From Eledone cirrhosa (lineage: Eukaryota): a DNA stretch of 64,000 bases. This document shows positions 29,201 to 44,399 of the stretch, in pieces. The DNA lies in NCBI GenBank assembly GCA_964016885.1, contig OZ024766.1, forward strand, positions 13,392,001 through 13,456,000. The letters are read 5' to 3'. The position numbers and the translations under genes are program-made. The notes beneath the pieces are model-generated. The model searched no databases, was not told where the DNA came from, and saw only the letters and a list, made by a program, of their open reading frames with translations. The stretch's first letter is position 1. Each line of letters starts with the position of its first letter.

Positions 29201-32200
29201 TAAATGAATTCTCACCAACAGTGGAGTTACTTCTGACAGCTAGTACCATGAACTTAAATGAATTCTCACCAACAGTGGAGTTACTTCTGACAGCTAATAC
29301 CATGACTTAAATGAATTCTCACCAACAGTGGAGTGACTTCTGTCAGCTAATACCATGAACTTAAATGAATTCTCACCAACAGTGGAGTTACTTCTGACAG
29401 CTAATACCATGAACTTAAATGAATTCTCACCAACAGTGGAGTTACTTCTGACAGCTAGTACCATGAACTTAAATGAATTCTCACCAACAGTGGAGTTACT
29501 TCTGACAGCTAATACCATGACTTAAATGAATTCTCACCAACAGTGGAGTTACTTCTGACAGCTAATACCATGAACTTAAATGAATTCTCAGCAACATTGG
29601 AGTTACTTCTGACAGCTAGTACCATGAACTTAAATGAATTCTCACCAACAGTGGAGTTACTTCTGACAGCTAATACCATGAACTTAAATGAATTCTCACC
29701 AACAGTGGAGTTACTTCTGACAGCTAATACCATGAACTTAAATGAATTCTCACCAACAGTGGAGTTACTTCTGACAGCTAATACCATGAATTTAAATGAA
29801 TTCTCACCAACATTGGAGTTACTTCTGACAGCTAGTACCATGAACTTAAATGAATTCTCACCAACAGTGGAGTGACTTCTGTCAGCTAATACCATGAACT
29901 TAAATGAATTCTCACCAACAGTGGAGTTACTTCTGACAGCTAATACCATGAACTTAAATGAATTCTCACCAACAGTGGAGTTACTTCTGACAGCTAGCAC
30001 CATGAACTTAAATGAATTATCACCAACAGTGGAGTTACTTCTGACAGCTAATACCATGAACTTAAATGAATTCTCAGCAACAGTGGAGTTCCTTCTGACA
30101 GCTAATACCATGAACTTAAATGAATTCTCACCAACATAGGAGTTACTTCTGACAGCTAGTAGCATGAACTTAAATGAATTCTCACCAACAGTGGAGTTAC
30201 TTCTGACAGCTAATACCATGAACTTAAATGAATTCTCACCAACAGTGGCGTTCCTTCTGACAGCTAATACCATGAACTTAAATGAATTCTCACCAACAGT
30301 GGAGTTACTTCTGACAGCTAATACCATGAACTTAAATGAATTCTCACCAACATTGGAGTGACTTCTGACAGCTAATACCATGAACTTAAATGAATTCTCA
30401 CCAACATTGGGGTTACTTCTGACAGCTAGTACCATGAACTTAAATGAATTCTCACCAACAGTGGAGTGACTTCTGACAGCTAATACCATGAACTTAAATG
30501 AATTCTCACCAACATTGGAGTTACTTCTGACAGCTAATACCATGACTTAAATGAATTCTCACCAACAGTGGAGTTACTTCTGACAGCTAATACCATGAAC
30601 TTAAATGAATTCTCACCAACAGTGGAGTTACTTCTGACAGCTAATACCATGAACTTAAATGAATTCTCACCAACATTGGAGTTACTTCTGACAGCTAGTA
30701 CCATGACTTAAATGAATTCTCACCAACATTGGAGTTACTTCTGACAGCTAATACCATGACTTAAATGAATTCTCACCAACAGTGGAGTTACTTCTGACAG
30801 CTATTACCATGAACTTAAATGAATTCTCACCAACAGTGGAGTTATTTCTGACAGCTAGTACCATGAACTTAAATGAATTCTCACCAACATTGGAGTTACT
30901 TCTGACAACTAATACCATGACTTAAATGAATTCTCACCAACAGTGGAGTTACTTCTGACAAACTAATACCATGAACTTAAATGAATTCTCACCAACAGTG
31001 GAGTTACTTCTGACAGCTAATACCATGAACTTAAATGAATTCTCACCAACAGTGGAGTTACTTCTGCCAGCTAGTACCATGAACTTAAATGAATTCTCAC
31101 CAACAGTGGAGTGACTTCTGACAGCTAATACCATGAACCTAAATGAATTTTCACCAACATTGGAGTGACTTCTGACAGCTAATACCATGAACTTAAATGA
31201 ATTCTCACCAACAGTGGAGTTACTTCTGACAGCTAGTACCATGAACTTAAATGAATTCTCACCAACAGTGGAGTTACTTCTGACAGCTAATACCATGAAC
31301 TTAAATGAATTCTCAGCAACAGTGGAGTTCCTTCTGACAGCTAATACCATGAACTTAAATGAATTCTCACCAACATTGGAGTTACTTCTGACAGCTAGTA
31401 CCATGAACTTAAATGAATTCTCACCAACAGTGGAGTTACTTCTGACAGCTAATACCATGAACTTAAATGAATTCTCACCAACAGTGGCGTTCCTTCTGAC
31501 AGCTAATACCATGAACTTAAATGAATTCTCACCAACAGTGGAGTTACTTCTGACAACTAGTACCATGACTTAAATGAATTCTCACCAACATTGGAGTTCC
31601 TTCTGACAGCTAATACCATGAAATTAAATGAATTCTCACCAACAGTGGAGTTACTTCTGACAGCTAATACCATGAACTTAAATGAATTCTCACCAACAGT
31701 GGAGTTACTTCTGACAGCTAATACCATGAACTTAAATGAATTCTCACCAACAGTGGAGTTACTTCTGACAGCTAATACCATGAACTTAAACGAATTCTCA
31801 CCAACAGTGGAGTTACTTCTGACAGCTAATACAATGAACTTAAATGAATTCTCACCAACATTGGAGTTACTTCTGACAGCTAGTACCATGACTTAAATGA
31901 ATTCTCACCAACATTGGAGTTACTTCTGACAGCTAATACCATGACTTAAATGAATTCTCACCAACAGTGGAGTTACTTCTGACAGCTAATACCATGAACT
32001 TAAATGAATTCTCACCAACAGTGGATTTACTTCTGACAGCTAGTACCATGAACTTAAATGAATTCTCACCAACATTGGAGTTACTTCTGACAACTAATAA
32101 CATGACTTAAATGAATTCTCACCAACAGTGGAGTTACTTCTGACAAACTAATACCATGAACTTAAATGAATTCTCACCAACAGTGGAGTTACTTCTGACA

Positions 32201-35200
32201 GCTAGTACCATGAACTTAAATGAATTCTCACCAACAGTGGAGTTACTTCTGACAGCTAATACCATGAACTTAAATGAATTCTCACCAACATTGGAGTTAC
32301 TTCTGACAGCTAATACCATGACTTAACTGAATTCTCACCAACAGTGGAGTTACCTCTGACAGCTAATACCATGAACTTAAATGAATTCTCACCAACATTG
32401 GAGTTACTTCTGACAGCTAGTACCATGAACTTAAATGAATTCTCACCAACAGTGGAGTTACTTCTGACAGCTAATACCATGAACTAAATGAATTCTCACC
32501 AACAGTGGAGTTACTTCTGACAGCTTATACCATGAACTTAAATGAATTCTCACCAACAGTGGAGTTCCTTCTGACAGCTAATACCATGAACTTAAATGAA
32601 TTCTCACCAACATTGGAGTTACTTCTGACAGCTAGTACCATGACTTAAATGAATTCTCACCAACATTGGAGTTACTTCTGACAGCTAGTACCATGACTTA
32701 AATGAATTCTCACCAACAATGGAGTTACTTCTGACAGCTAATACCATGACTTAAATGAATTCTCACCAACAGTGGAGTTACTTCTGACAGCTAATACCAT
32801 GAACTTAAATGAATTCTCACCAACAGTGGAGTTCCTTCTGACAGCTAATACCATGAACTTAAATGAATTCTCACCAACATTGGAGTTACTTCTGACAGCT
32901 AGTACCATGAACTTAAATGAATTCTCACCAACAGTGGAGTTACTTCTGACAGCTAATACCATGAACTTAAATGAATTCTCACCAACAGTGGCGTTCCTTC
33001 TGACAGCTAATACCATGAACTTAAATGAATTCTCACCAACAGTGGAGTTACTTCTGACAGCTAGTACCATGACTTAAATGAATTCTCACCAACATTGGAG
33101 TTCCTTCTGACAGCTAATACCATGAACTTAAATGAATTCTCACCAACAGTGGAGTTCCTTCTGACAGCTAATACCATGAACTTAAATGAATTCTCACCAA
33201 CATTGGAGTTACTTCTGACAACTAATACCATGACTTAAATGAATTCTCACCAACAGTGGAGTTACTTCTGACAAACTAATACCATGAACTTAAATGAATT
33301 CTCACCAACAGTGGAGTTACTTCTGACAGCTAGTACCATGAACTTAAATGAATTCTCACCAACATTGGAGTTACTTCTGACAGCTAGTACCATGAACTTA
33401 AATGAATTCTCACCAACAGTGGAGTTACTTCTGACAGCTAATACCATGAACTTAAATGAATTCTCACCAACAGTGGAGTTACTTCTGACAGCTAATACCA
33501 TGAACTTAAATGAATTCTCACCAACAGTGGAGTTACTTCTGACAGCTAATACCATGAACTTAAATGAATTCTCACCAACATTGGAGTTACTTCTGACAGC
33601 TAGTACCATGAACTTAAATGAATTCTCACCAACAGTGGAGTGACTTCTGTCAGCTAATACCATGAACTTAAATGAATTCTCACCAACAGTGGAGTTACTT
33701 CTGACAGCTAATACCATGAACTTAAATGAATTCTCACCAACAGTGGAGTTACTTCTGACAGCTAGTACCATGAACTTAAATGAATTCTCACCAACAGTGG
33801 AGTTACTTCTGACAGCTAATACCATGACTTAAATGAATTCTCACCAACAGTGGAGTGACTTCTGTCAGCTAATACCATGAACTTAAATGAATTCTCACCA
33901 ACAGTGGAGTTACTTCTGACAGCTAATACCATGAACTTAAATGAATTCTCACCAACAGTGGAGTTACTTCTGACAGCTAGTACCATGAACTTAAATGAAT
34001 TCTCACCAACAGTGGAGTTACTTCTGACAGCTAATACCATGACTTAAATGAATTCTCACCAACAGTGGAGTTACTTCTGACAGCTAATACCATGAACTTA
34101 AATGAATTCTCACCAACAGTGGAGTTACTTCTGACAGCTAATACCATGAATTTAAATGAATTCTCACCAACATTGGAGTTACTTCTGACAGCTAGTACCA
34201 TGAACTTAAATGAATTCTCACCAACAGTGGAGTGACTTCTGTCAGCTAATACCATGAACTTAAATGAATTCTCACCAACAGTGGAGTTACTTCTGACAGC
34301 TAATACCATGAACTTAAATGAATTCTCACCAACAGTGGAGTTACTTCTGACAGCTAGCACCATGAACTTAAATGAATTATCACCAACAGTGGAGTTACTT
34401 CTGACAGCTAATACCATGAACTTAAATGAATTCTCAGCAACAGTGGAGTTCCTTCTGACAGCTAATACCATGAACTTAAATGAATTCTCACCAACATAGG
34501 AGTTACTTCTGACAGCTAGTAGCATGAACTTAAATGAATTCTCACCAACAGTGGAGTTACTTCTGACAGCTAGTACCATGAACTTAAATGAATTCTCACC
34601 AACAGTGGCGTTCCTTCTGACAGCTAATACCATGAACTTAAATGAATTCTCACCAACAGTGGAGTTACTTCTGACAGCTAATACCATGAACTTAAATGAA
34701 TTCTCACCAACATTGGAGTGACTTCTGACAGCTAATACCATGAACTTAAATGAATTCTCACCAACATTGGGGTTACTTCTGACAGCTAGTACCATGAACT
34801 TAAATGAATTCTCACCAACAGTGGAGTGACTTCTGACAGCTAATACCATGAACTTAAATGAATTCTCACCAACATTGGAGTTACTTCTGACAGCTAATAC
34901 CATGACTTAAATGAATTCTCACCAACAGTGGAGTTACTTCTGACAGCTAATACCATGAACTTAAATGAATTCTCACCAACAGTGGAGTTACTTCTGACAG
35001 CTAATACCATGAACTTAAATGAATTCTCACCAACATTGGAGTTACTTCTGACAGCTAGTACCATGACTTAAATGAATTCTCACCAACATTGGAGTTACTT
35101 CTGACAGCTAATACCATGACTTAAATGAATTCTCACCAACAGTGGAGTTACTTCTGACAGCTATTACCATGAACTTAAATGAATTCTCACCAACAGTGGA

Positions 35201-38200
35201 GTTATTTCTGACAGCTAGTACCATGAACTTAAATGAATTCTCACCAACATTGGAGTTACTTCTGACAACTAATACCATGACTTAAATGAATTCTCACCAA
35301 CAGTGGAGTTACTTCTGACAAACTAATACCATGAACTTAAATGAATTCTCACCAACAGTGGAGTTACTTCTGACAGCTAATACCATGAACTTAAATGAAT
35401 TCTCACCAACAGTGGAGTTACTTCTGACAGCTAATACCATGAACTTAAATGAATTCTCACCAACAGTGGAGTTACTTCTGACAGCTAATACCATGACTTA
35501 AATGAATTCTCACCAACAGTGGAGTTACTTCTGACAGCTAATACCATGAACTTAAATGAATTCTCACCAACATTGGAGTTACTTCTGACAGCTAGTACCA
35601 TGAACTTAGATGAATTCTCACCAACAGTGGAGTTACTTCTGACAGCTAATACCATGAACTTAAATGAATTCTCACCAACAGTGGAGTTACTTCTGACAGC
35701 TAATACCATGACTTAAATGAATTCTCACCAACAGTGGAGTTACTTCTGACAGCTAATACCATGAACTTAAATGAATTCTCACCAACATTGGAGTTACTTC
35801 TGACAGCTAGTACCATGAACTTAAATGAATTCTCACCAACAGTGGAGTTACTTCTGACAGCTAATACCATGAACTTAAATGAATTCTCACCAACAGTGGA
35901 GTTACTTATGACAGCTAATACCATGAACTTAAATGAATTCTCACCAACAGTGGAGTTACTTCTGACAGCTAATACCATGAACTTAAATGAATTCTCACCA
36001 ACATTGGAGTTACTTCTGACAGCTAGTACCATGAACTTAAATGAATTCTCACCAACGGTGCAGTTACTTCTGACAGCTAATACCATGAACTTAAATGAAT
36101 TCTCACCAACAGTGGAGTTACTTCTGACAGCTAATACCATGAACTTAAATGAATTCTCACCAACAGTGGAGTTCCTTCTGAGAGCTAATAACATGAACTT
36201 AAATGAATTCTCACCAACATTGGAGTTACTTCTGACAGCTAGTACCATGACTTAATTGAATTCTCACCAACAGTGGAGTTACTTCTGACAGCTAATACCA
36301 TGAACTTAAATGAATTCTCAGCAACAGTGGAGTTCCTTCTGACAGCTAATACCATGAACTTAAATGAATTCTCACCAACATAGGAGTTACTTCTGACAGC
36401 TAGTAGCATGAACTTAAATGAATTCTCACCAACAGTGGAGTTACTTCTGACAGCTAATACCATGAACTTAAATGAATTCTCACCAACAGTGGCGTTCCTT
36501 CTGACAGCTAATACCATGAACTTAAATGAATTCTCACCAACAGTGGAGTTACTTCTGACAGCTAATACCATGAACTTAAATGAATTCTCACCAACATTGG
36601 AGTGACTTCTGACAGCTAATACCATGAACTTAAATGAATTCTCACCAACATTGGGGTTACTTCTGACAGCTAGTACCATGAACTTAAATGAATTCTCACC
36701 AACAGTGGAGTGACTTCTGACAGCTAATACCATGAACTTAAATGAATTCTCACCAACATTGGAGTTACTTCTGACAGCTAATACCATGACTTAAATGAAT
36801 TCTCACCAACAGTGGAGTTACTTCTGACAGCTAATACCATGAACTTAAATGAATTCTCACCAACAGTGGAGTTACTTCTGACAGCTAATACCATGAACTT
36901 AAATGAATTCTCACCAACATTGGAGTTACTTCTGACAGCTAGTACCATGACTTAAATGAATTCTCACCAACATTGGAGTTACTTCTGACAGCTAATACCA
37001 TGACTTAAATGAATTCTCACCAACAGTGGAGTTACTTCTGACAGCTATTACCATGAACTTAAATGAATTCTCACCAACAGTGGAGTTATTTCTGACAGCT
37101 AGTACCATGAACTTAAATGAATTCTCACCAACATTGGAGTTACTTCTGACAACTAATACCATGACTTAAATGAATTCTCACCAACAGTGGAGTTACTTCT
37201 GACAAACTAATACCATGAACTTAAATGAATTCTCACCAACAGTGGAGTTACTTCTGACAGCTAATACCATGAACTTAAATGAATTCTCACCAACAGTGGA
37301 GTTACTTCTGCCAGCTAGTACCATGAACTTAAATGAATTCTCACCAACAGTGGAGTGACTTCTGACAGCTAATACCATGAACTTAAATGAATTCTCACCA
37401 ACAGTGGAGTTACTTCTGACAGCTAGTACCATGAACTTAAATGAATTCTCACCAACAGTGGAGTTACTTCTGACAGCTAATACCATGAACTTAAATGAAT
37501 TCTCAGCAACAGTGGAGTTCCTTCTGACAGCTAATACCATGAACTTAAATGAATTCTCACCAACATTGGAGTTACTTCTGACAGCTAGTACCATGAACTT
37601 AAATGAATTCTCACCAACAGTGGAGTTACTTCTGACAGCTAATACCATGAACTTAAATGAATTCTCACCAACAGTGGCGTTCCTTCTGACAGCTAATACC
37701 ATGAACTTAAATGAATTCTCACCAACAGTGGAGTTACTTCTGACAACTAGTACCATGACTTAAATGAATTCTCACCAACATTGGAGTTCCTTCTGACAGC
37801 TAATACCATGAAATTAAATGAATTCTCACCAACAGTGGAGTTACTTCTGACAGCTAATACCATGAACTTAAATGAATTCTCACCAACAGTGGAGTTACTT
37901 CTGACAGCTAATACCATGAACTTAAATGAATTCTCACCAACAGTGGAGTTACTTCTGACAGCTAATACCATGAACTTAAACGAATTCTCACCAACAGTGG
38001 AGTTACTTCTGACAGCTAATACAATGAACTTAAATGAATTCTCACCAACATTGGAGTTACTTCTGACAGCTAGTACCATGACTTAAATGAATTCTCACCA
38101 ACATTGGAGTTACTTCTGACAGCTAATACCATGACTTAAATGAATTCTCACCAACAGTGGAGTTACTTCTGACAGCTAATACCATGAACTTAAATGAATT

Positions 38201-41200
38201 CTCACCAACAGTGGATTTACTTCTGACAGCTAGTACCATGAACTTAAATGAATTCTCACCAACATTGGAGTTACTTCTGACAACTAATACCATGACTTAA
38301 ATGAATTCTCACCAACAGTGGAGTTACTTCTGACAAACTAATACCATGAACTTAAATGAATTCTCACCAACAGTGGAGTTACTTCTGACAGCTAGTACCA
38401 TGAACTTAAATGAATTCTCACCAACAGTGGAGTTACTTCTGACAGCTAATACCATGAACTTAAATGAATTCTCACCAACATTGGAGTTACTTCTGACAGC
38501 TAATACCATGACTTAACTGAATTCTCACCAACAGTGGAGTTACCTCTGACAGCTAATACCATGAACTTAAATGAATTCTCACCAACATTGGAGTTACTTC
38601 TGACAGCTAGTACCATGAACTTAAATGAATTCTCACCAACAGTGGAGTTACTTCTGACAGCTAATACCATGAACTAAATGAATTCTCACCAACAGTGGAG
38701 TTACTTCTGACAGCTTATACCATGAACTTAAATGAATTCTCACCAACAGTGGAGTTCCTTCTGACAGCTAATACCATGAACTTAAATGAATTCTCACCAA
38801 CATTGGAGTTACTTCTGACAGCTAGTACCATGACTTAAATGAATTCTCACCAACATTGGAGTTACTTCTGACAGCTAGTACCATGACTTAAATGAATTCT
38901 CACCAACAATGGAGTTACTTCTGACAGCTAATACCATGACTTAAATGAATTCTCACCAACAGTGGAGTTACTTCTGACAGCTAATACCATGAACTTAAAT
39001 GAATTCTCACCAACAGTGGAGTTCCTTCTGACAGCTAATACCATGAACTTAAATGAATTCTCACCAACATTGGAGTTACTTCTGACAGCTAGTACCATGA
39101 ACTTAAATGAATTCTCACCAACAGTGGAGTTACTTCTGACAGCTAATACCATGAACTTAAATGAATTCTCACCAACAGTGGCGTTCCTTCTGACAGCTAA
39201 TACCATGAACTTAAATGAATTCTCACCAACAGTGGAGTTACTTCTGACAGCTAGTACCATGACTTAAATGAATTCTCACCAACATTGGAGTTCCTTCTGA
39301 CAGCTAATACCATGAACTTAAATGAATTCTCACCAACAGTGGAGTTCCTTCTGACAGCTAATACCATGAACTTAAATGAATTCTCACCAACATTGGAGTT
39401 ACTTCTGACAACTAATACCATGACTTAAATGAATTCTCACCAACAGTGGAGTTACTTCTGACAAACTAATACCATGAACTTAAATGAATTCTCACCAACA
39501 GTGGAGTTACTTCTGACAGCTAGTACCATGAACTTAAATGAATTCTCACCAACATTGGAGTTACTTCTGACAGCTAGTACCATGAACTTAAATGAATTCT
39601 CACCAACAGTGGAGTTACTTCTGACAGCTAATACCATGAACTTAAATGAATTCTCACCAACAGTGGAGTTACTTCTGACAGCTAATACCATGAACTTAAA
39701 TGAATTCTCACCAACAGTGGAGTTACTTCTGACAGCTAATACCATGAACTTAAATGAATTCTCACCAACATTGGAGTTACTTCTGACAGCTAGTACCATG
39801 AACTTAAATGAATTCTCACCAACAGTGGAGTGACTTCTGTCAGCTAATACCATGAACTTAAATGAATTCTCACCAACAGTGGAGTTACTTCTGACAGCTA
39901 ATACCATGAACTTAAATGAATTCTCACCAACAGTGGAGTTACTTCTGACAGCTAGTACCATGAACTTAAATGAATTCTCACCAACAGTGGAGTTACTTCT
40001 GACAGCTAATACCATGACTTAAATGAATTCTCACCAACAGTGGAGTGACTTCTGTCAGCTAATACCATGAACTTAAATGAATTCTCACCAACAGTGGAGT
40101 TACTTCTGACAGCTAATACCATGAACTTAAATGAATTCTCACCAACAGTGGAGTTACTTCTGACAGCTAGTACCATGAACTTAAATGAATTCTCACCAAC
40201 AGTGGAGTTACTTCTGACAGCTAATACCATGACTTAAATGAATTCTCACCAACAGTGGAGTTACTTCTGACAGCTAATACCATGAACTTAAATGAATTCT
40301 CACCAACATTGGAGTTACTTCTGACAGCTAGTACCATGAACTTAAATGAATTCTCACCAACAGTGGAGTTACTTCTGACAGCTAATACCATGAACTTAAA
40401 TGAATTCTCACCAACAGTGGAGTTACTTCTGACAGCTAATACCATGAACTTAAATGAATTCTCACCAACAGTGGAGTTACTTCTGACAGCTAATACCATG
40501 AATTTAAATGAATTCTCACCAACATTGGAGTTACTTCTGACAGCTAGTACCATGAACTTAAATGAATTCTCACCAACAGTGGAGTGACTTCTGTCAGCTA
40601 ATACCATGAACTTAAATGAATTCTCACCAACAGTGGAGTTACTTCTGACAGCTAATACCATGAACTTAAATGAATTCTCACCAACAGTGGAGTTACTTCT
40701 GACAGCTAGCACCATGAACTTAAATGAATTATCACCAACAGTGGAGTTACTTCTGACAGCTAATACCATGAACTTAAATGAATTCTCAGCAACAGTGGAG
40801 TTCCTTCTGACAGCTAATACCATGAACTTAAATGAATTCTCACCAACATAGGAGTTACTTCTGACAGCTAGTAGCATGAACTTAAATGAATTCTCACCAA
40901 CAGTGGAGTTACTTCTGACAGCTAATACCATGAACTTAAATGAATTCTCACCAACAGTGGCGTTCCTTCTGACAGCTAATACCATGAACTTAAATGAATT
41001 CTCACCAACAGTGGAGTTACTTCTGACAGCTAATACCATGAACTTAAATGAATTCTCACCAACATTGGAGTGACTTCTGACAGCTAATACCATGAACTTA
41101 AATGAATTCTCACCAACATTGGGGTTACTTCTGACAGCTAGTACCATGAACTTAAATGAATTCTCACCAACAGTGGAGTGACTTCTGACAGCTAATACCA

Positions 41201-41750
41201 TGAACTTAAATGAATTCTCACCAACATTGGAGTTACTTCTGACAGCTAATACCATGACTTAAATGAATTCTCACCAACAGTGGAGTTACTTCTGACAGCT
41301 AATACCATGAACTTAAATGAATTCTCACCAACAGTGGAGTTACTTCTGACAGCTAATACCATGAACTTAAATGAATTCTCACCAACATTGGAGTTACTTC
41401 TGACAGCTAGTACCATGACTTAAATGAATTCTCACCAACATTGGAGTTACTTCTGACAGCTAATACCATGACTTAAATGAATTCTCACCAACAGTGGAGT
41501 TACTTCTGACAGCTATTACCATGAACTTAAATGAATTCTCACCAACAGTGGAGTTATTTCTGACAGCTAGTACCATGAACTTAAATGAATTCTCACCAAC
41601 ATTGGAGTTACTTCTGACAACTAATACCATGACTTAAATGAATTCTCACCAACAGTGGAGTTACTTCTGACAAACTAATACCATGAACTTAAATGAATTC
41701 TCACCAACAGTGGAGTTACTTCTGACAGCTAATACCATGAACTTAAATGA
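27000..41750. repeat. Three related multi-kb units at offsets 4522 and 6190 bp (sum 10712)
   Basis: ORF starts 28216/32738/38928, 28740/33262/39452, 29294/33816/40006 and 29509/34031/40221. GCTTATACC marker at 28001, 32523 and 38713. Confidence 0.88.
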
Positions 41751-44399
41751 ATTCTCACCAACGGTGCAGTTACTTCTGACAGCTAATACCATGAACTTAA
41801 ATGAATTCTCACCAACAGTGGAGTTACTTCTGACAGCTAATACCATGAACTTAAATGAATTCTCACCAACAGTGGAGTTCCTTCTGACAGCTAATAACAT
41901 GAACTTAAATGAATTCTCACCAACATTGGAGTTACTTCTGACAGCTAGTACCATGACTTAATTGAATTCTCACCAACAATGGAGTTACTTCTGACAGCTA
42001 ATACCATGACTTAAATGAATTCTCACCAACAGTGGAGTTACTTCTGACAGCTAATACCATGAACTTAAATGAATTCTCACCAACAGTGGAGTTCCTTCTG
42101 ACAGCTAATACCATGAACTTAAATGAATTCTCACCAACATTGGAGTTACTTCTGACAGCTAGTACCATGAACTTAAATGAATTCTCACCAACAGTGGAGT
42201 TACTTCTGACAGCTAATACCATGAACTTAAATGAATTCTCACCAACAGTGGCGTTCCTTCTGACAGCTAATACCATGAACTTAAATGAATTCTCACCAAC
42301 AGTGGAGTTACTTCTGACAGCTAGTACCATGACTTAAATGAATTCTCACCAACATTGGAGTTCCTTCTGACAGCTAATACCATGAACTTAAATGAATTCT
42401 CACCAACAGTGGAGTTCCTTCTGACAGCTAATACCATGAACTTAAATGAATTCTCACCAACATTGGAGTTACTTCTGACAACTAATACCATGACTTAAAT
42501 GAATTCTCACCAACAGTGGAGTTACTTCTGACAAACTAATACCATGAACATAAATGAATTCTCACCAACAGTGGAGTTACTTCTGACAGCTAATACCATG
42601 AACTTAAATGAATTCTCACCAACATTAGAGTGACTTCTGACAGCTAATACCATGAACTTAAATGAATTCTCACCAACATTGGGGTTACTTCTGCCAGCTA
42701 GTACCATGAACTTAAATGAATTCTCACCAACAGTGGAGTGACTTCTGACAGCTAATACCATGAACCTAAATGAATTCTCACCAACATTGGAGTGACTTCT
42801 GACAGCTAATACCATGAACTTAAATGAATTCTCACCAACAGTGGAGTTACTTCTGACAGCTAGTACCATGAACTTAAATGAATTCTCACCAACAGTGGAG
42901 TTACTTCTGACAGCTAATACCATGAACTTAAATGAATTCTCAGCAACAGTGGAGTTCCTTCTGACAGCTAATACCATGAACTTAAATGAATTCTCACCAA
43001 CATTGGAGTTACTTCTGACAGCTAGTACCATGAACTTAAATGAATTCTCACCAACAGTGGAGTTACTTCTGACAGCTAATACCATGAACTTAAATGAATT
43101 CTCACCAACAGTGGCGTTCCTTCTGACAGCTAATACCATGAACTTAAATGAATTCTCACCAACAGTGGAGTTACTTCTGACAGCTAGTACCATGACTTAA
43201 ATGAATTCTCACCAACATTGGAGTTCCTTCTGACAGCTAATACCATGAAATTAAATGAATTCTCACCAACAGTGGAGTTACTTCTGACAGCTAATACCAT
43301 GAACTTAAATGAATTCTCACCAACAGTGGAGTTACTTCTGACAGCTAGTACCATGACTTAAATGAATTCTCACCAACATTGGAGTTACTTCTGACAGCTA
43401 ATACCATGACTTAAATGAATTCTCACCAACAGTGGAGTTACTTCTGACAGCTAATACCATGAACTTAAATGAATTCTCACCAACAGTGGATTTACTTCTG
43501 ACAGCTAGTACCATGAACTTAAATGAATTCTCACCAACATTGGAGTTACTTCTGACAACTAATACCATGACTTAAATGAATTCTCACCAACAGTGGAGTT
43601 ACTTCTGACAAACTAATACCATGAACTTAAATGAATTCTCACCAACAGTGGAGTTACTTCTGACAGCTAGTACCATGAACTTAAATGAATTCTCACCAAC
43701 ATTGGAGTTACTTCTGACAACTAATACCATGACTTAAATGAATTCTCACCAACAGTGGAGTTACTTCTGACAAACTAATACCATGAACTTAAATGAATTC
43801 TCACCAACAGTGGAGTTACTTCTGACAGCCAGTACCATGAACTTAAATGAATTCTCACCAACAGTGGAGTTACTTCTGACAGCTAATACCATGAACTTAA
43901 ATGATTTCTCACCAACAGTGGAGTTACTTCTGACAGCTAATACCATGAACTTAAATGAATTCTCACCAACATTGGAGTTACTTCTGACAGCTAATACCAT
44001 GACTTAACTGAATTCTCACCAACAGTGGAGTTACTTCTGACAGCTATTACCATGAACTTAAATGAATTCTCACCAACATTGGAGTTACTTCTGACAGCTA
44101 GTACCATGAACTTAAATGAATTCTCACCAACAGTGGAGTTACTTCTGACAGCTAATACCATGAACTTAAATGAATTCTCACCAACAGTGGAGTTACTTCT
44201 GACAGCTAATACCATGAACTTAAATGAATTCTCACCAACAGTGGAGTTCCTTCTGACAGCTAATACCATGAACTTAAATGAATTCTCACCAACATTGGAG
44301 TTACTTCTGACAGCTAGTACCATGACTTAAATGAATTCTCACCAACATTGGAGTTAGTTCTGACAGCTAGTACCATGACTTAAATGAATTCTCACCAAC

